Notes: generated from the sequence alone by a model not told the origin. DNA of 64,000 bases from an uncultured Clostridia bacterium (GCA_934754495.1 CAKVHW010000001.1:2011-66010), one strand, 5' to 3'; positions 46,364 to 56,176 are shown, counted from the stretch's first letter. Translations and numbers: made by a program.

Positions 46364-47127
46364 TCCGCATCTCCATATTTTGCACGTGGTTGTGCAATTT
46401 TTGGTTTTGGAATATTTAGTATTCTTTCGGCTTCTTTTTCGTATTCAGCCAAAAGACCCGAATGATAATAACTATATGTATCGTTTACACCTACAATTAT
46501 ATGGTCTAAAAGTGAAATGTTGTTAAGGTACATTCCAAAAACTAATGCTTTAGTGAATTTATTATCTTCAGCCGATGGTGTGGCTGGGCCACTTGGGTGA
46601 TTATGTGCAACAACGAAATTTACAACACCATGAGTAAGTAATAAGTCCGTAACATCTCTAATGTTAAGAAGTGCCTGATTTTCTGAGCCAGCGGAAACTT
46701 TTCTTGTAAAGTTTACCTTATTGTTGCCATCAATACCTACTACATATACTTCTTCGGTTGGAATGTTGCTAAGATACGGCAAAACTAGTCGTTTGGCTGA
46801 GTTGTAATCTTTAACAACGCTAACAGTTTTTGCACGATGTTTTTGGTAATAAAAATAAAAATTTTTGTATTCTGATAAAAAGTTTGCAACAACTTCGCCT
46901 ACGCCCTTAACACGTTTTAGAGAATTAACATCTGCGTCCAAAACACCAGCAAAACTGCCAAATTTGTTAATAAGTTCGTGAGCAATCTCGTTGGTGTCAC
47001 GAAGCGGAATAGCAAAAGTAAGCAAATATTCTAGCACTTGATGTTCGTGCAACGAATCAAGTCCACTTGTTTGAACTTGTTTTCTAAGCCTATCACGATG
47101 CCCGCTATGTAAATTATTCTTTTCCAA
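46360..47127 (-). CDS. radC: RadC-family JAB/MPN domain protein
   Basis: 255 aa. N-terminal HhH region (LKRVKGVGEVVA) and JAMM motif VAHNHPSG...PSAEDNKFT. Confidence 0.85.
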   Translation of the reverse strand: MEKNNLHSGHRDRLRKQVQTSGLDSLHEHQVLEYLLTFAIPLRDTNEIAHELINKFGSFAGVLDADVNSLKRVKGVGEVVANFLSEYKNFYFYYQKHRAKTVSVVKDYNSAKRLVLPYLSNIPTEEVYVVGIDGNNKVNFTRKVSAGSENQALLNIRDVTDLLLTHGVVNFVVAHNHPSGPATPSAEDNKFTKALVFGMYLNNISLLDHIIVGVNDTYSYYHSGLLAEYEKEAERILNIPKPKIAQPRAKYGDAE

Positions 47128-47195
47128 TTTTTAAAACTCCTAAGTAATATTTTACAATAAAATTATCGTTTTAGCAACATTTAGATTATAAAAGT

Positions 47196-47225
47196 TTGAC
47201 ACTATTACTGCAATTTTTATATAAT
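47196..47225 (+). promoter_or_regulatory. sigma-A-type promoter for degV paralogue 3
   Basis: TTGACA (47196-47201), 18-nt spacer, TATAAT (47220-47225). Confidence 0.5.
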
Positions 47226-47261
47226 TATAATGCAATAAAATTATTAAGAGAGGTTATAAAT

Positions 47262-48116
47262 ATGGCAATTAAAATAGCTTGTGATAGTTCTGCCGATTTG
47301 GGTAAGGAATATTACAAAAAACATAATGTTAGCGTTATGCCTTATATTATTGTTTTGGGCGACACAAACTACAAAGACGGTGAAACAATTTCAACCGAAG
47401 AAATTTTTGATTATGTAGATAAAAACAAACAGCTTCCAAAAACTGCGGCTTTAAACGAATATATTTTCCAAGAGTTTTTTGAGAAGAATTACAGCGAAGA
47501 TGGTCTGATTTACTTCAACCTTTCTAGCAAGATTACTTCAACTTACGAAAACGCTCTTGCTGCTGCTAAAAACTTTGAAAAGATACATGTTGTTAATTCT
47601 CTATCGCTTTCAACCGGCGAAGGAATGCTTGTAAAATACGCTTGCGAACTTGCCGAATCAGGTGCAAGTTTTGAAGAAATTGTGGAAAAAGTTGAAAACC
47701 GCAAACAATATGTTCAGGCGAGTTTTGTACTAGATAGGCTTGACTACCTACACAAAGGTGGAAGATGTTCTTCACTTCAACTTCTTGGTGCAAACCTATT
47801 AAAACTTCACCCTTCTATTCAAGTAACAAAAGAAGGCAAAATGGTTGTAAACAAAAAGTATCGTGGGAAAATGCCAGAAGTTATACATAAATATATTGAC
47901 GACACACTTATAGAATTTAACAATCCAGACTTGTCTTTCTGCTTTATTACATACACCGCACGCACTGATCAAGACATAATAGACAGTGCAGTAAATGCAG
48001 CTAAAGCCCACGGATTTAAGGAAGTATACCAAACAACCGCAAGTTCTACCATAAGTTGTCACTGCGGTCGAAACACCCTTGGCATATTGTACTTTAATGA
48101 CGGCGGACAAAATTAA
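47262..48116 (+). CDS. DegV family fatty-acid-binding protein
   Basis: MAIKIACDSSADL..., SSKITSTYENA and YLHKGGRCS. AGAGAGG RBS before ATG 47262 (internal Met of ORF 47196..48116). Confidence 0.85.
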   Translation: MAIKIACDSSADLGKEYYKKHNVSVMPYIIVLGDTNYKDGETISTEEIFDYVDKNKQLPKTAALNEYIFQEFFEKNYSEDGLIYFNLSSKITSTYENALAAAKNFEKIHVVNSLSLSTGEGMLVKYACELAESGASFEEIVEKVENRKQYVQASFVLDRLDYLHKGGRCSSLQLLGANLLKLHPSIQVTKEGKMVVNKKYRGKMPEVIHKYIDDTLIEFNNPDLSFCFITYTARTDQDIIDSAVNAAKAHGFKEVYQTTASSTISCHCGRNTLGILYFNDGGQN

Positions 48117-48144
48117 TAAGGTTTTTAAATAAGGAGATACTATT

Positions 48145-48432
48145 ATGATAAAGGTTTTTCAAGTACCTGTAATTTTAAATGAAGATGAGTCTTTTGACGA
48201 AATTACATATCAAGCAGAAGGAATTGCTGATTATTGGGACGTAAAATCCAAAGAATACAGAGACCCTCAATCTGCCCTTGACGATATTAAAGCCCAACTT
48301 ACAAAACAATTTCAAAAAGATGCCGACACTTGGGGCGAGGTTATAATTGAAGAAGAAAGAGACTTGCAATTAGACGATGGTCAAAAAATTGTAACATTGG
48401 AAATAAGTATCAACCTAGATGACGAAGAATAA
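48145..48432 (+). CDS. small highly acidic hypothetical protein
   Basis: 95 aa, rich in D/E. AAGGAGA RBS. Followed by a 10-bp-stem terminator. Confidence 0.55.
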   Translation: MIKVFQVPVILNEDESFDEITYQAEGIADYWDVKSKEYRDPQSALDDIKAQLTKQFQKDADTWGEVIIEEERDLQLDDGQKIVTLEISINLDDEE

Positions 48433-48437
48433 CAAAA

Positions 48438-48478
48438 CAAAAAGAATGCTTCAATAATTAAAGCATTCTTTTTATTTT
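48438..48478. terminator. bidirectional intrinsic terminator
   Basis: AAGAATGCTT-loop-AAGCATTCTT (48442-48470) followed by a T-run. Confidence 0.75.
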
Positions 48479-48600
48479 GTCTTTTATTTTTATAACACAT
48501 TAGAATTAAAAACAAAATTATTATTTTTTTAATCAACTAAAACAAGGTTGATTTTATTTAAAGCACAACAACATAAACTTACAATCAAAACAATTTGGAT

Positions 48601-50103
48601 TTAACTAGCAAAGAATTTGTAAGTTTTGCCTTTTAATTTGTCGCCAAAACTATCTTCTCTTACTTCTTTCAAACTAAGAAGTCTACAACCTTCAATAATA
48701 TTATAAATATCTTTATCAATATCTTTTATAATATCTTTGCCATGTACTAGTGCAGTACATTCAAAAGATGCATTAAGTTTCCTTACGTCTAAGTTTGTTG
48801 TTCCAACCATAGCAGTAATTCCGTCAATGCTTACAAGTTTTGACCTAACAGCACCATTATTATATTCATATATCTTAACACCATCTCTAATAAGACCCTC
48901 ATAATAGCCCCTACCCATGATATTAAGATTGTATCTATCCGAATTATTACTTACCACCAAACTCACTTCTACACCGCTTTTAACTGCGTTAGAAAGTGCC
49001 TTAGCAAGCAAGCCATCTATTAGCACACACGAACTTACAATTGTGATGCGTGATTCCGCATTGTTAATAAGGTTTAAATACAAATCTCTTACCTCATTTC
49101 TATTAGCAAGCGGGCTAATACTAAGCGGCTGAACAAATTCATTTGATTTTGCTTTTTGAGGTATTTCTGGGCGATAATCCAAATAATCTTTATTTAGTTT
49201 TCCGCCAGCAAATTGCCACGAATTTAAGAACAATGTAGAAAGCCCCCACGATGCATCGCCCACAATTTTAAGCGATGATTGACGCCAATTGCCCACTTCG
49301 GTGGTCACCTGAACGTGTTTGTCAAATATGTTGTTTCCGCCTATAAATGCCACCACCCCATCAATCACAACCAATTTGCGGTGTGATGAAAATCCGTATA
49401 ATGACGAGCGGAAAGGACGTGCTTCTATTTTAAAGTTTATAAGTTTTTTAAAAGTGAGTTTGTCAGTGAAAGCATTTTTGTTAGTCTTAGGATTGTAAAG
49501 TATTTTTATCTCAACACCTTCACGTGCTTTTTGTTTTAGTAATTCAAAAAGTTTGTTCCAAACCTCGCCTTCCCAAATTTTATATGCTTCAATAAAAATG
49601 TATTTTTTGGCATCTTTTATTTCTTTAAATAATTCCACATAAAAATTATCTGCACCTGAAATATACTGAGTTGAACTATTTTGATACAATGGTGCATTAA
49701 AGTAATTTTGACAATATGTAGATATTTTACTTGCTATCAAGTTTTGTCTTTTCAAATTGTCTAGTGACGACTCATTTACAATTAAGTATTCAGCACTTTT
49801 ATAGTTAAGGTCTTGCCATTCACGTCTGCCAAACAACACTTTAGATCTACTTTTAGTAAGCACATATAGTGTTATTCCGAATAATGGAAAAGCAAAATTT
49901 ATAAGCAACGTGGACATTTTATGTGTAACGAAGTTGTTGGAAGCAATAAACGGAAGCATAACGAGTGCTGTAAATGTCCCCACACAGGGATATATCCAAA
50001 AATACTTAAAAAAAGAGGCTGTGACAAGAATTGCCACATTTAAAACAAATATAAAAATTAATAAATTTCGTTTTGATAAAATTCTAGATTGTGTTTTTCC
50101 CAT
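48601..50103 (-). CDS. cls: cardiolipin synthase-like phospholipase D family protein
   Basis: 500 aa. Two N-terminal TM helices. First HKD motif is intact (SSHRKLVVIDG...GGNNI). Second motif reads VRSKLVSIDG...GTTNLD, with Arg in place of His. Confidence 0.75.
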   Translation of the reverse strand: MGKTQSRILSKRNLLIFIFVLNVAILVTASFFKYFWIYPCVGTFTALVMLPFIASNNFVTHKMSTLLINFAFPLFGITLYVLTKSRSKVLFGRREWQDLNYKSAEYLIVNESSLDNLKRQNLIASKISTYCQNYFNAPLYQNSSTQYISGADNFYVELFKEIKDAKKYIFIEAYKIWEGEVWNKLFELLKQKAREGVEIKILYNPKTNKNAFTDKLTFKKLINFKIEARPFRSSLYGFSSHRKLVVIDGVVAFIGGNNIFDKHVQVTTEVGNWRQSSLKIVGDASWGLSTLFLNSWQFAGGKLNKDYLDYRPEIPQKAKSNEFVQPLSISPLANRNEVRDLYLNLINNAESRITIVSSCVLIDGLLAKALSNAVKSGVEVSLVVSNNSDRYNLNIMGRGYYEGLIRDGVKIYEYNNGAVRSKLVSIDGITAMVGTTNLDVRKLNASFECTALVHGKDIIKDIDKDIYNIIEGCRLLSLKEVREDSFGDKLKGKTYKFFAS

Positions 50104-50162
50104 TGGTACACCTTTTATATATTATATGTTACCATAAAAACGCTAAATACACAATTTATTGA

Positions 50163-51302
50163 TTAATGTTTTTCAATTTCGGTGAAATCCATTTGCTTGT
50201 AAATATGGTTTTCAGCCTCTCTTGCACATTCCTGAACCTGTGCCTTACTTTCTTTAATGTTTCGATAGAAAGCATCACCATCTTGCGATTGGAAATATAC
50301 ACCAATTATTTTTTTATTATTAGTGTTTAAAAGTGTATATGCTGCTCTTCTTCTTGCTCCACCAACAATGTTTTTAGCCACACTTTTTTCGCTTGCAACA
50401 AAAACATTATATGCCAAAATTCTTCCTGCATTATCTACAACAGTTATCCCGTCATAATTAAGCATTGTTACAAGAATTTCCGAGAAATCACGAAGTTTTC
50501 CTTCACTATAACTTTTACTGGTTAAGAAAATTTTTGCAAGTTGGATTGGTTCTGGAAGCCAAGTTCCGTCCGCCAAAAGACCTTTAGTATCTTTATAATC
50601 CTTATCCACAATCAAACAAATTGTACCGTGAGAATTATGAAACATTTTGGTGAATATATTGTTGTACATATTCTTAATATCTTCACGTTTTTTCTTGGTC
50701 GTTTTTAATTTTGTAAGTCCATCGTTTACAAACTTGGAAATATTTTCTTCACTATCACGTGGCATAATATTAGCCATGTTAAAACAAATATTTGTTTTAT
50801 TTCCATTAATTCCACTAAACGACATTACGCCGGCAGCAACAACTGCCATGTAAATTAGTTTTGTTTTACCAGCAAGAATTGGCATATATTCTTTGTCGAA
50901 AACAAGTTTGTCTAATGGCATTTCTTTAATACTATTGGTAGCCTTAACTATACCATATTGCACACCATTAGAATAGTTTATGTATATTGACCAACCATTT
51001 AAACAAAAGCACATTAATGCTTTAATGCGTTGGTTGAAGTTATTGGCATTTTCATCATTATAAAATCCAATTTCAACACAATTAGGAATTGTACGTGTAA
51101 CTGCGTGAATATTAGTAGTCACATATATGGTTGGACGAATTTTAACACTCTCTTCTTCGTAATTTAAAAATTTGTAAATAGACCCTAAAAAACCTGCCGT
51201 TTCGCTTGGACCAAGTGAAGGAAATTCCATAAGCATAAAATCTTTAACAGCTTCTTTAGCGGTTGAGTAAAAAACATTAGTAACCATACGCAAAATCCCC
51301 AT
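50163..51302 (-). CDS. hypothetical protein with C-terminal diadenylate-cyclase (DisA_N/DAC)-like domain carrying non-canonical motifs
   Basis: 379 aa. Residues about 224-345 (HGTICLIVDKD...NYDGITVVDNAGRILAYNVFV...GGARRRAAYTLL...IGVYFQSQDGDAF) parallel the DAC pattern GALIVI...DGAvI..g.I.AA...L....GtRHRAA...vvVSEEtG. DGA appears as DGI and RHR as RRR. The start may be Met6 (51287, GGGGA RBS). Confidence 0.55.
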   Translation of the reverse strand: MGILRMVTNVFYSTAKEAVKDFMLMEFPSLGPSETAGFLGSIYKFLNYEEESVKIRPTIYVTTNIHAVTRTIPNCVEIGFYNDENANNFNQRIKALMCFCLNGWSIYINYSNGVQYGIVKATNSIKEMPLDKLVFDKEYMPILAGKTKLIYMAVVAAGVMSFSGINGNKTNICFNMANIMPRDSEENISKFVNDGLTKLKTTKKKREDIKNMYNNIFTKMFHNSHGTICLIVDKDYKDTKGLLADGTWLPEPIQLAKIFLTSKSYSEGKLRDFSEILVTMLNYDGITVVDNAGRILAYNVFVASEKSVAKNIVGGARRRAAYTLLNTNNKKIIGVYFQSQDGDAFYRNIKESKAQVQECAREAENHIYKQMDFTEIEKH

Positions 51303-51461
51303 TTTTTTTCATTATAACATTTTAAAAAAATAACACAATTATTTTTTAATAAAATTTTAAAAAAACTTACTTTTTGTCAAAAAACACCACTAATTAAACA
51401 TTATTATTATACATTATGTAATAATATATCGAATTTTGACAAAAACTTAAATTTAAGGTTT

Positions 51462-51496
51462 AAAAAAAGTTGCAAAGTATTAATCTGCAACTTTTT
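51462..51496. terminator. intrinsic terminator after the DUF2207 gene
   Basis: A7-AGTTGCA-loop-TGCAACT-T5. Confidence 0.7.
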
Positions 51497-51520
51497 ACTT
51501 TTAAATTATAATTTTTAGGT

Positions 51521-53455
51521 TTATCTTCCGTGTGAGCCACCGCCACCGAAACCGCCACCAGAGAAGCCACCGCCAAATCCGCCACGCCCACCTGACATGC
51601 CAATCTTAGAGTATGTGCGAGTTGCCCCTGTAGCCACAGCCATCGCTGTAAAAGTGTTATTTAATGAGTTACACAACATATACGCATTAAGTGGTGAGAT
51701 ATAAGCATTTTGAGCAGTTGGAATATATATTTTTTCAAAATTTTTAACGAAATCATCTAAAACATTAAGAGCATAAGCATATGGCAAAATATTATAAAAA
51801 TAACTTGGGTCTTCTTTAACAAGCCTTTCAATTCTACTCTTTTCCATAATTGTAATGCTGTGTTTAAATCCCCAAAGTTTACCATAAACGCTTTTCATTT
51901 CAGCTGTCATGCTAAACATGTTTTTACCAAGCACAACATACACCACAACTGGAAGCAATGTATAAATTCTGCCAAACATCAAGTCGTAACCTCGTGGAAT
52001 GGAAATTATATTTATTACCAACACCACAATCATCATCATGATTGCTCCAACACGTGCTATGTTAAGTTTGTGGTCATCATCTTCAATAAAATATGTGCTT
52101 CCCCAAAGTGCCATTGCCACAAATGAAATAACCGCTGTCGCAATTATTACTGGAATACTAGGCCCCATACTCTTAGTACGAATATGTACTGCCACAAGCA
52201 TTATTACATAAGGAATAAACGAAATCAATCCCATCAAAAAATGAGATGTTTTACTAGAACTTTTGTATCTATCGCCAATAAGATTTTTAACATCTTCTGA
52301 GCATGTATTCATTACAGCACCAATATTTATATCGGTTTTCGAAAGCTCATAAGTTGTGTTTTCTTCTTTTGGAAAGAATGCTTTAAATAAATCTTTTTCA
52401 TATATTTTAGCTTTATCGTCAAGTTCTTTCAATTTGGTAATTGACACAGGCTTATTATTGGTATCGTTGTTTATTTTTACAATTCCCTTGCTTGCCCAAT
52501 ACAAAACAAGGCTCACAAGACGTTTTGGCGAAAATTTACCATTAATAACATAATCGCAATCACAAGGAGTGTATCCTTCTGGTGGATAGAATTCCACCAC
52601 TCTTATTGGCTTATTTTTATTAGCCATATCAATAGCAACAAAGATGATTACCATTGTAAGAATAATAGAACCTACAAGAACACCAATCTCAACGCCAATA
52701 TGGAAGCCTTGCGACTTTGTATAATATCCCTTAGGAAGGTTCATTTTAACTGTAAGTGCTTCGTAAGGTTCGAATGAAGTTGAGCCAACTGATGAAAGTG
52801 TAAGTGTCTCATTATTGTAAACATATGGGATTTCACTTGTGTCATTAGCACCATACAAACCTTTATAGAATGTAGGCACAACATCAATTGATTTTGGGAA
52901 GTGAATAGAGAATGTAAATTCTTCAGTTTTTACTGGTTCTTGTTCTCCCATAAGGTTAAACACAAACAAATCGTAATCTTTTACAAAATCGTTTCCAATG
53001 TTAAACTTATAATTGATTGTGTATGTAATTAATCTATCACTGGTTGTTGTGCCATAACCATTTACATAGTTATCACCACCAAGTTCTATTACTGTATAAT
53101 TTCCACTTTTATACGTATTATATATCTCATTACCAGTAATTTCTGAGATGGTGCAATAATACTTTTGTTTTTTTGTTTTACCTTTTTCATTAAATGAAAT
53201 TGTTTGGGTATTAGGAATATACCTCACAATACCTTTATGTTTTCCATCACTAGGCGAACCAAACTGAACCTGCATTGTTTCAGTAACATAATAAGTGTTG
53301 TTTTCGTAAATAGTCAACTCAACATTTTTTGATTTGTAGTAATAATTGTTGTAATTAACATCGGCACTAACAATAGAAAAACTAGGTCTTAAACTAAGGC
53401 CTAGCAAAAGTATTAATATTAAACTAAAAACAAATATTATTCTTTTATTTTTCAT
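51521..53455 (-). CDS. DUF2207-family membrane protein with Gly-rich C-terminus
   Basis: 644 aa. Signal peptide, an extracytoplasmic beta-rich domain, several TM helices and a GGRGGFGGGFSGGGFGGGGSHGR tail. Immediately downstream of lemA, the usual pairing. Confidence 0.75.
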   Translation of the reverse strand: MKNKRIIFVFSLILILLLGLSLRPSFSIVSADVNYNNYYYKSKNVELTIYENNTYYVTETMQVQFGSPSDGKHKGIVRYIPNTQTISFNEKGKTKKQKYYCTISEITGNEIYNTYKSGNYTVIELGGDNYVNGYGTTTSDRLITYTINYKFNIGNDFVKDYDLFVFNLMGEQEPVKTEEFTFSIHFPKSIDVVPTFYKGLYGANDTSEIPYVYNNETLTLSSVGSTSFEPYEALTVKMNLPKGYYTKSQGFHIGVEIGVLVGSIILTMVIIFVAIDMANKNKPIRVVEFYPPEGYTPCDCDYVINGKFSPKRLVSLVLYWASKGIVKINNDTNNKPVSITKLKELDDKAKIYEKDLFKAFFPKEENTTYELSKTDINIGAVMNTCSEDVKNLIGDRYKSSSKTSHFLMGLISFIPYVIMLVAVHIRTKSMGPSIPVIIATAVISFVAMALWGSTYFIEDDDHKLNIARVGAIMMMIVVLVINIISIPRGYDLMFGRIYTLLPVVVYVVLGKNMFSMTAEMKSVYGKLWGFKHSITIMEKSRIERLVKEDPSYFYNILPYAYALNVLDDFVKNFEKIYIPTAQNAYISPLNAYMLCNSLNNTFTAMAVATGATRTYSKIGMSGGRGGFGGGFSGGGFGGGGSHGR

Positions 53456-53472
53456 ATAAATCCTACTTCGAA

Positions 53473-54072
53473 CTAAAATTCTACTTTAGGGTTTTTTCTT
53501 TGTTCCTTATCTTCAATTTCAAACATAGGTTTCTTTTCAAATTTAAACATGTTTGCTAATAAATTTGTAGGGAACACTTGGATTTTAGTGTTGTATTCTT
53601 TAACAACAGCATTGTAATATTTACGACTACTAGCAATGTCTTGCTCAAGTACCTTTAATTGATCTTGCAAATCCATAAAGTTTGTGTTTGCTTGAAGTGT
53701 TGGGTAATTTTCAGTAAGTGCAAAAAGTGATTTTAATGTACCAGTAAGAACATTTTCTGCATTGGCTTGTTCTGCACTACCTGGTTTTGCTTGCATAGCC
53801 ATGTTACGGGCTTGAATAACTTTTTCCAAAGTTTCGCTTTCATGTTTTGCAAAACCCTTAACTGTGTTTACAAGATTTGGAATTAAATCATAACGTTTTT
53901 GAAGATAAACGTCCATAGTAGCAAAACCTTCTTCAACTTCGTTACGTTTTCTAACTAGCCCGTTATAACCAGCCCAGAAGAACATAATCACGAAAAAGAC
54001 TAAGCATAATACAACAGCACCAATAACGATGCCAGCGATAGCACCACCGCTTAAACCTAAAAATGATAACAT
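53473..54072 (-). CDS. lemA: LemA family protein
   Basis: 199 aa. N-terminal TM then YNGLVRKRNEVEEGFATMDVYLQKRYDLIPNLV..., typical of LemA. Confidence 0.85.
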   Translation of the reverse strand: MLSFLGLSGGAIAGIVIGAVVLCLVFFVIMFFWAGYNGLVRKRNEVEEGFATMDVYLQKRYDLIPNLVNTVKGFAKHESETLEKVIQARNMAMQAKPGSAEQANAENVLTGTLKSLFALTENYPTLQANTNFMDLQDQLKVLEQDIASSRKYYNAVVKEYNTKIQVFPTNLLANMFKFEKKPMFEIEDKEQRKNPKVEF

Positions 54073-54139
54073 AATTTTTCTCCTTAAAATTTCTATTAAT
54101 ATTATACTAATTAGTATATTTTTTTACAACAAAATAACA

Positions 54140-55423
54140 TTATTTTTTCAAAATTTTGTCTTTGCCACCCATGTAAGGACGTAGCACTTCAGGAATTGTA
54201 ATACTGCCATCTTCGTTGTAGTTGTTTTCCAAAAGAGCAATAAGTGCTCTTGGGCTAGCAAGAACTGTGTTGTTAAGAGTGTGTAAGAAGTATGTGCCAT
54301 TTTCACCTTTTGCCCTAATGCCAAGACGACGTGCTTGTGCATCACCTAGTGTAGAACAACTGCACACTTCAAAGTATTTTTGTTGACGTGGGCTCCATGC
54401 TTCAATATCACAAGACTTAACTTTAAGGTCTGCTAAATCTCCGCTACAACAATCAAGTTGTCTTACAGGAATATTAAAGTTGTTGAAAATCTCAACCGAG
54501 TATTTCCACATTTTGTTGTACCAATCCATACTATCTTCTGGCTTACAAAGTACAATCATTTCTTGTTTTTCAAATTGGTGAACTCTATAAATCCCACGTT
54601 CTTCAATGCCATGTGCACCTACTTCTTTTCTAAAACAAGGACTATATGATGTCATTGTAATAGGAAGTTCGGTTTCCTTAATAATTTGGTCTTTAAATTT
54701 ACCAATCATTGAGTGTTCGCTTGTTCCAATTAAGAATAGGTCTTCGCCTTCAATCTTGTACATCATTGCGTCCATTTCGGCAAAACTCATAACACCATTA
54801 ACTACGTCGCTATGAATCATGAATGGTGGAATGCAATATGTAAAGCCCTTATTAATCATATAATCTCTACCATAAGCAATCATTGCTTCATGAAGACGTG
54901 CAGCATCACCCATAAGGTAATAAAAACCATTACCGCTTGTACGTCCTGCACTATCTTTATCAAGACCACCAATGCTTGCCAAAATATCAGCATGATATGG
55001 CACTTCAAAACTACGTTTTTGAGGTTCGCCAAAACGTTGTACTTCAACATTCTCGGTGTCATCTTTTCCAATAGGAACAGATGGGTCAATAATATTAGGA
55101 ATACTCATCATAAGTTTTTTGATTTCGGCTTCAATTTTTGTTTGTTCTTCTTCAATTTCAGCAATACGGCCGTTGTTGTTAACAACTTGTTGTTTTAGTT
55201 CGTTGGCTTCATTAACTCTCTTTTCACGCATTAGTTTGCCAATTTCACCAGACAATTTGTTACGCATTGCTCTAAGGTCATCGCCTTCCTTTTTAAGGTC
55301 ACGATTTCTTTCGTCAAGTTCTAACACAGTATCAACATAAGCAATCTTATGCATTTGAAATTTCTTTTTAATATTTTCCTTAACCACTTCCGGGTTGTTT
55401 CTTAAAAAATTAATATCAATCAT
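54140..55423 (-). CDS. serS: serine--tRNA ligase
   Basis: 427 aa. N-terminal coiled-coil arm (MIDINFLRNNPE...) and class II core (FRKEVGAHG..ERGIYRVHQFEK, TLNNTVLASPRALIALLE). Confidence 0.95.
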   Translation of the reverse strand: MIDINFLRNNPEVVKENIKKKFQMHKIAYVDTVLELDERNRDLKKEGDDLRAMRNKLSGEIGKLMREKRVNEANELKQQVVNNNGRIAEIEEEQTKIEAEIKKLMMSIPNIIDPSVPIGKDDTENVEVQRFGEPQKRSFEVPYHADILASIGGLDKDSAGRTSGNGFYYLMGDAARLHEAMIAYGRDYMINKGFTYCIPPFMIHSDVVNGVMSFAEMDAMMYKIEGEDLFLIGTSEHSMIGKFKDQIIKETELPITMTSYSPCFRKEVGAHGIEERGIYRVHQFEKQEMIVLCKPEDSMDWYNKMWKYSVEIFNNFNIPVRQLDCCSGDLADLKVKSCDIEAWSPRQQKYFEVCSCSTLGDAQARRLGIRAKGENGTYFLHTLNNTVLASPRALIALLENNYNEDGSITIPEVLRPYMGGKDKILKK

Positions 55424-55576
55424 GTTCTTTCTCCATAAAATATTGCTAAAAGTCTAGCATTTTACATGTGTTTTGTCAATTATTTGCCATAACATAGTTT
55501 TAAATTAAACACAAAACAGTATTAAAATTATTACTTTTGTTAAAAATTAAAACAAAAACAATAAGGAGAATATAAA

Positions 55577-56176
55577 ATGACAAAAATAGAATTTGACAAA
55601 AGCGAAACAAAAATAAATCTTGCAAGGGCATTTGCTGGAGAATGTCAAGACGGTGCAAGATATCAATTTATTGCAAAACAAGCAGAACAAGAAGGCTATG
55701 CATACATTAAATCATTGCTAAAAACTCTAGCGAAAAACGAGATGGCTCATGCTAAGGTTTACTACGACCTTATCACTCAAAACTGCACAAAAAAACAAGA
55801 AAATATTCAAATTGAGGGCGGTTACCCTTTTGAATTTGGTAATCTTCAGCAAAACCTTATGGACAGCATCAAGACCGAACTTAGCCAAAGCAATAATGTG
55901 TATCCGTCATTTTCAAAAGTTGCTAAAGACGAAGGATTTGACGATGTGGCACATGCATTTGATTTAGTAGCAACTGTTGAAAACTGCCACCACTTGTTAC
56001 TACAACAGATTTATGACAAATTAAAAGGCAAAAAACTTTATAAATCTGCCGAACCACGTAAATGGAAGTGTAGCGAGTGTGGATTTGAGCACACAGCAAA
56101 GCAAGCATGGAACGAGTGCCCATCGTGTCACATGCCACAGGGCTATGTTGAAATTCCAATTGACACCGGCGAGTAA
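55577..56176 (+). CDS. rbr: rubrerythrin
   Basis: 199 aa. Ferritin-like diiron domain (NLARAFAGECQDGARY...EMAHA) plus a C-terminal rubredoxin-like CSECG...CPSC. Confidence 0.85.
   Translation: MTKIEFDKSETKINLARAFAGECQDGARYQFIAKQAEQEGYAYIKSLLKTLAKNEMAHAKVYYDLITQNCTKKQENIQIEGGYPFEFGNLQQNLMDSIKTELSQSNNVYPSFSKVAKDEGFDDVAHAFDLVATVENCHHLLLQQIYDKLKGKKLYKSAEPRKWKCSECGFEHTAKQAWNECPSCHMPQGYVEIPIDTGE

Noticed and set aside
55424-55576. T-box leader upstream of serS.
   Set aside because: The spacer is 153 bp and is shared with the divergent rbr gene. TTGACA-17-TAGACT sits about 35 nt from the ATG. There is no terminator/antiterminator and no T-box motif.
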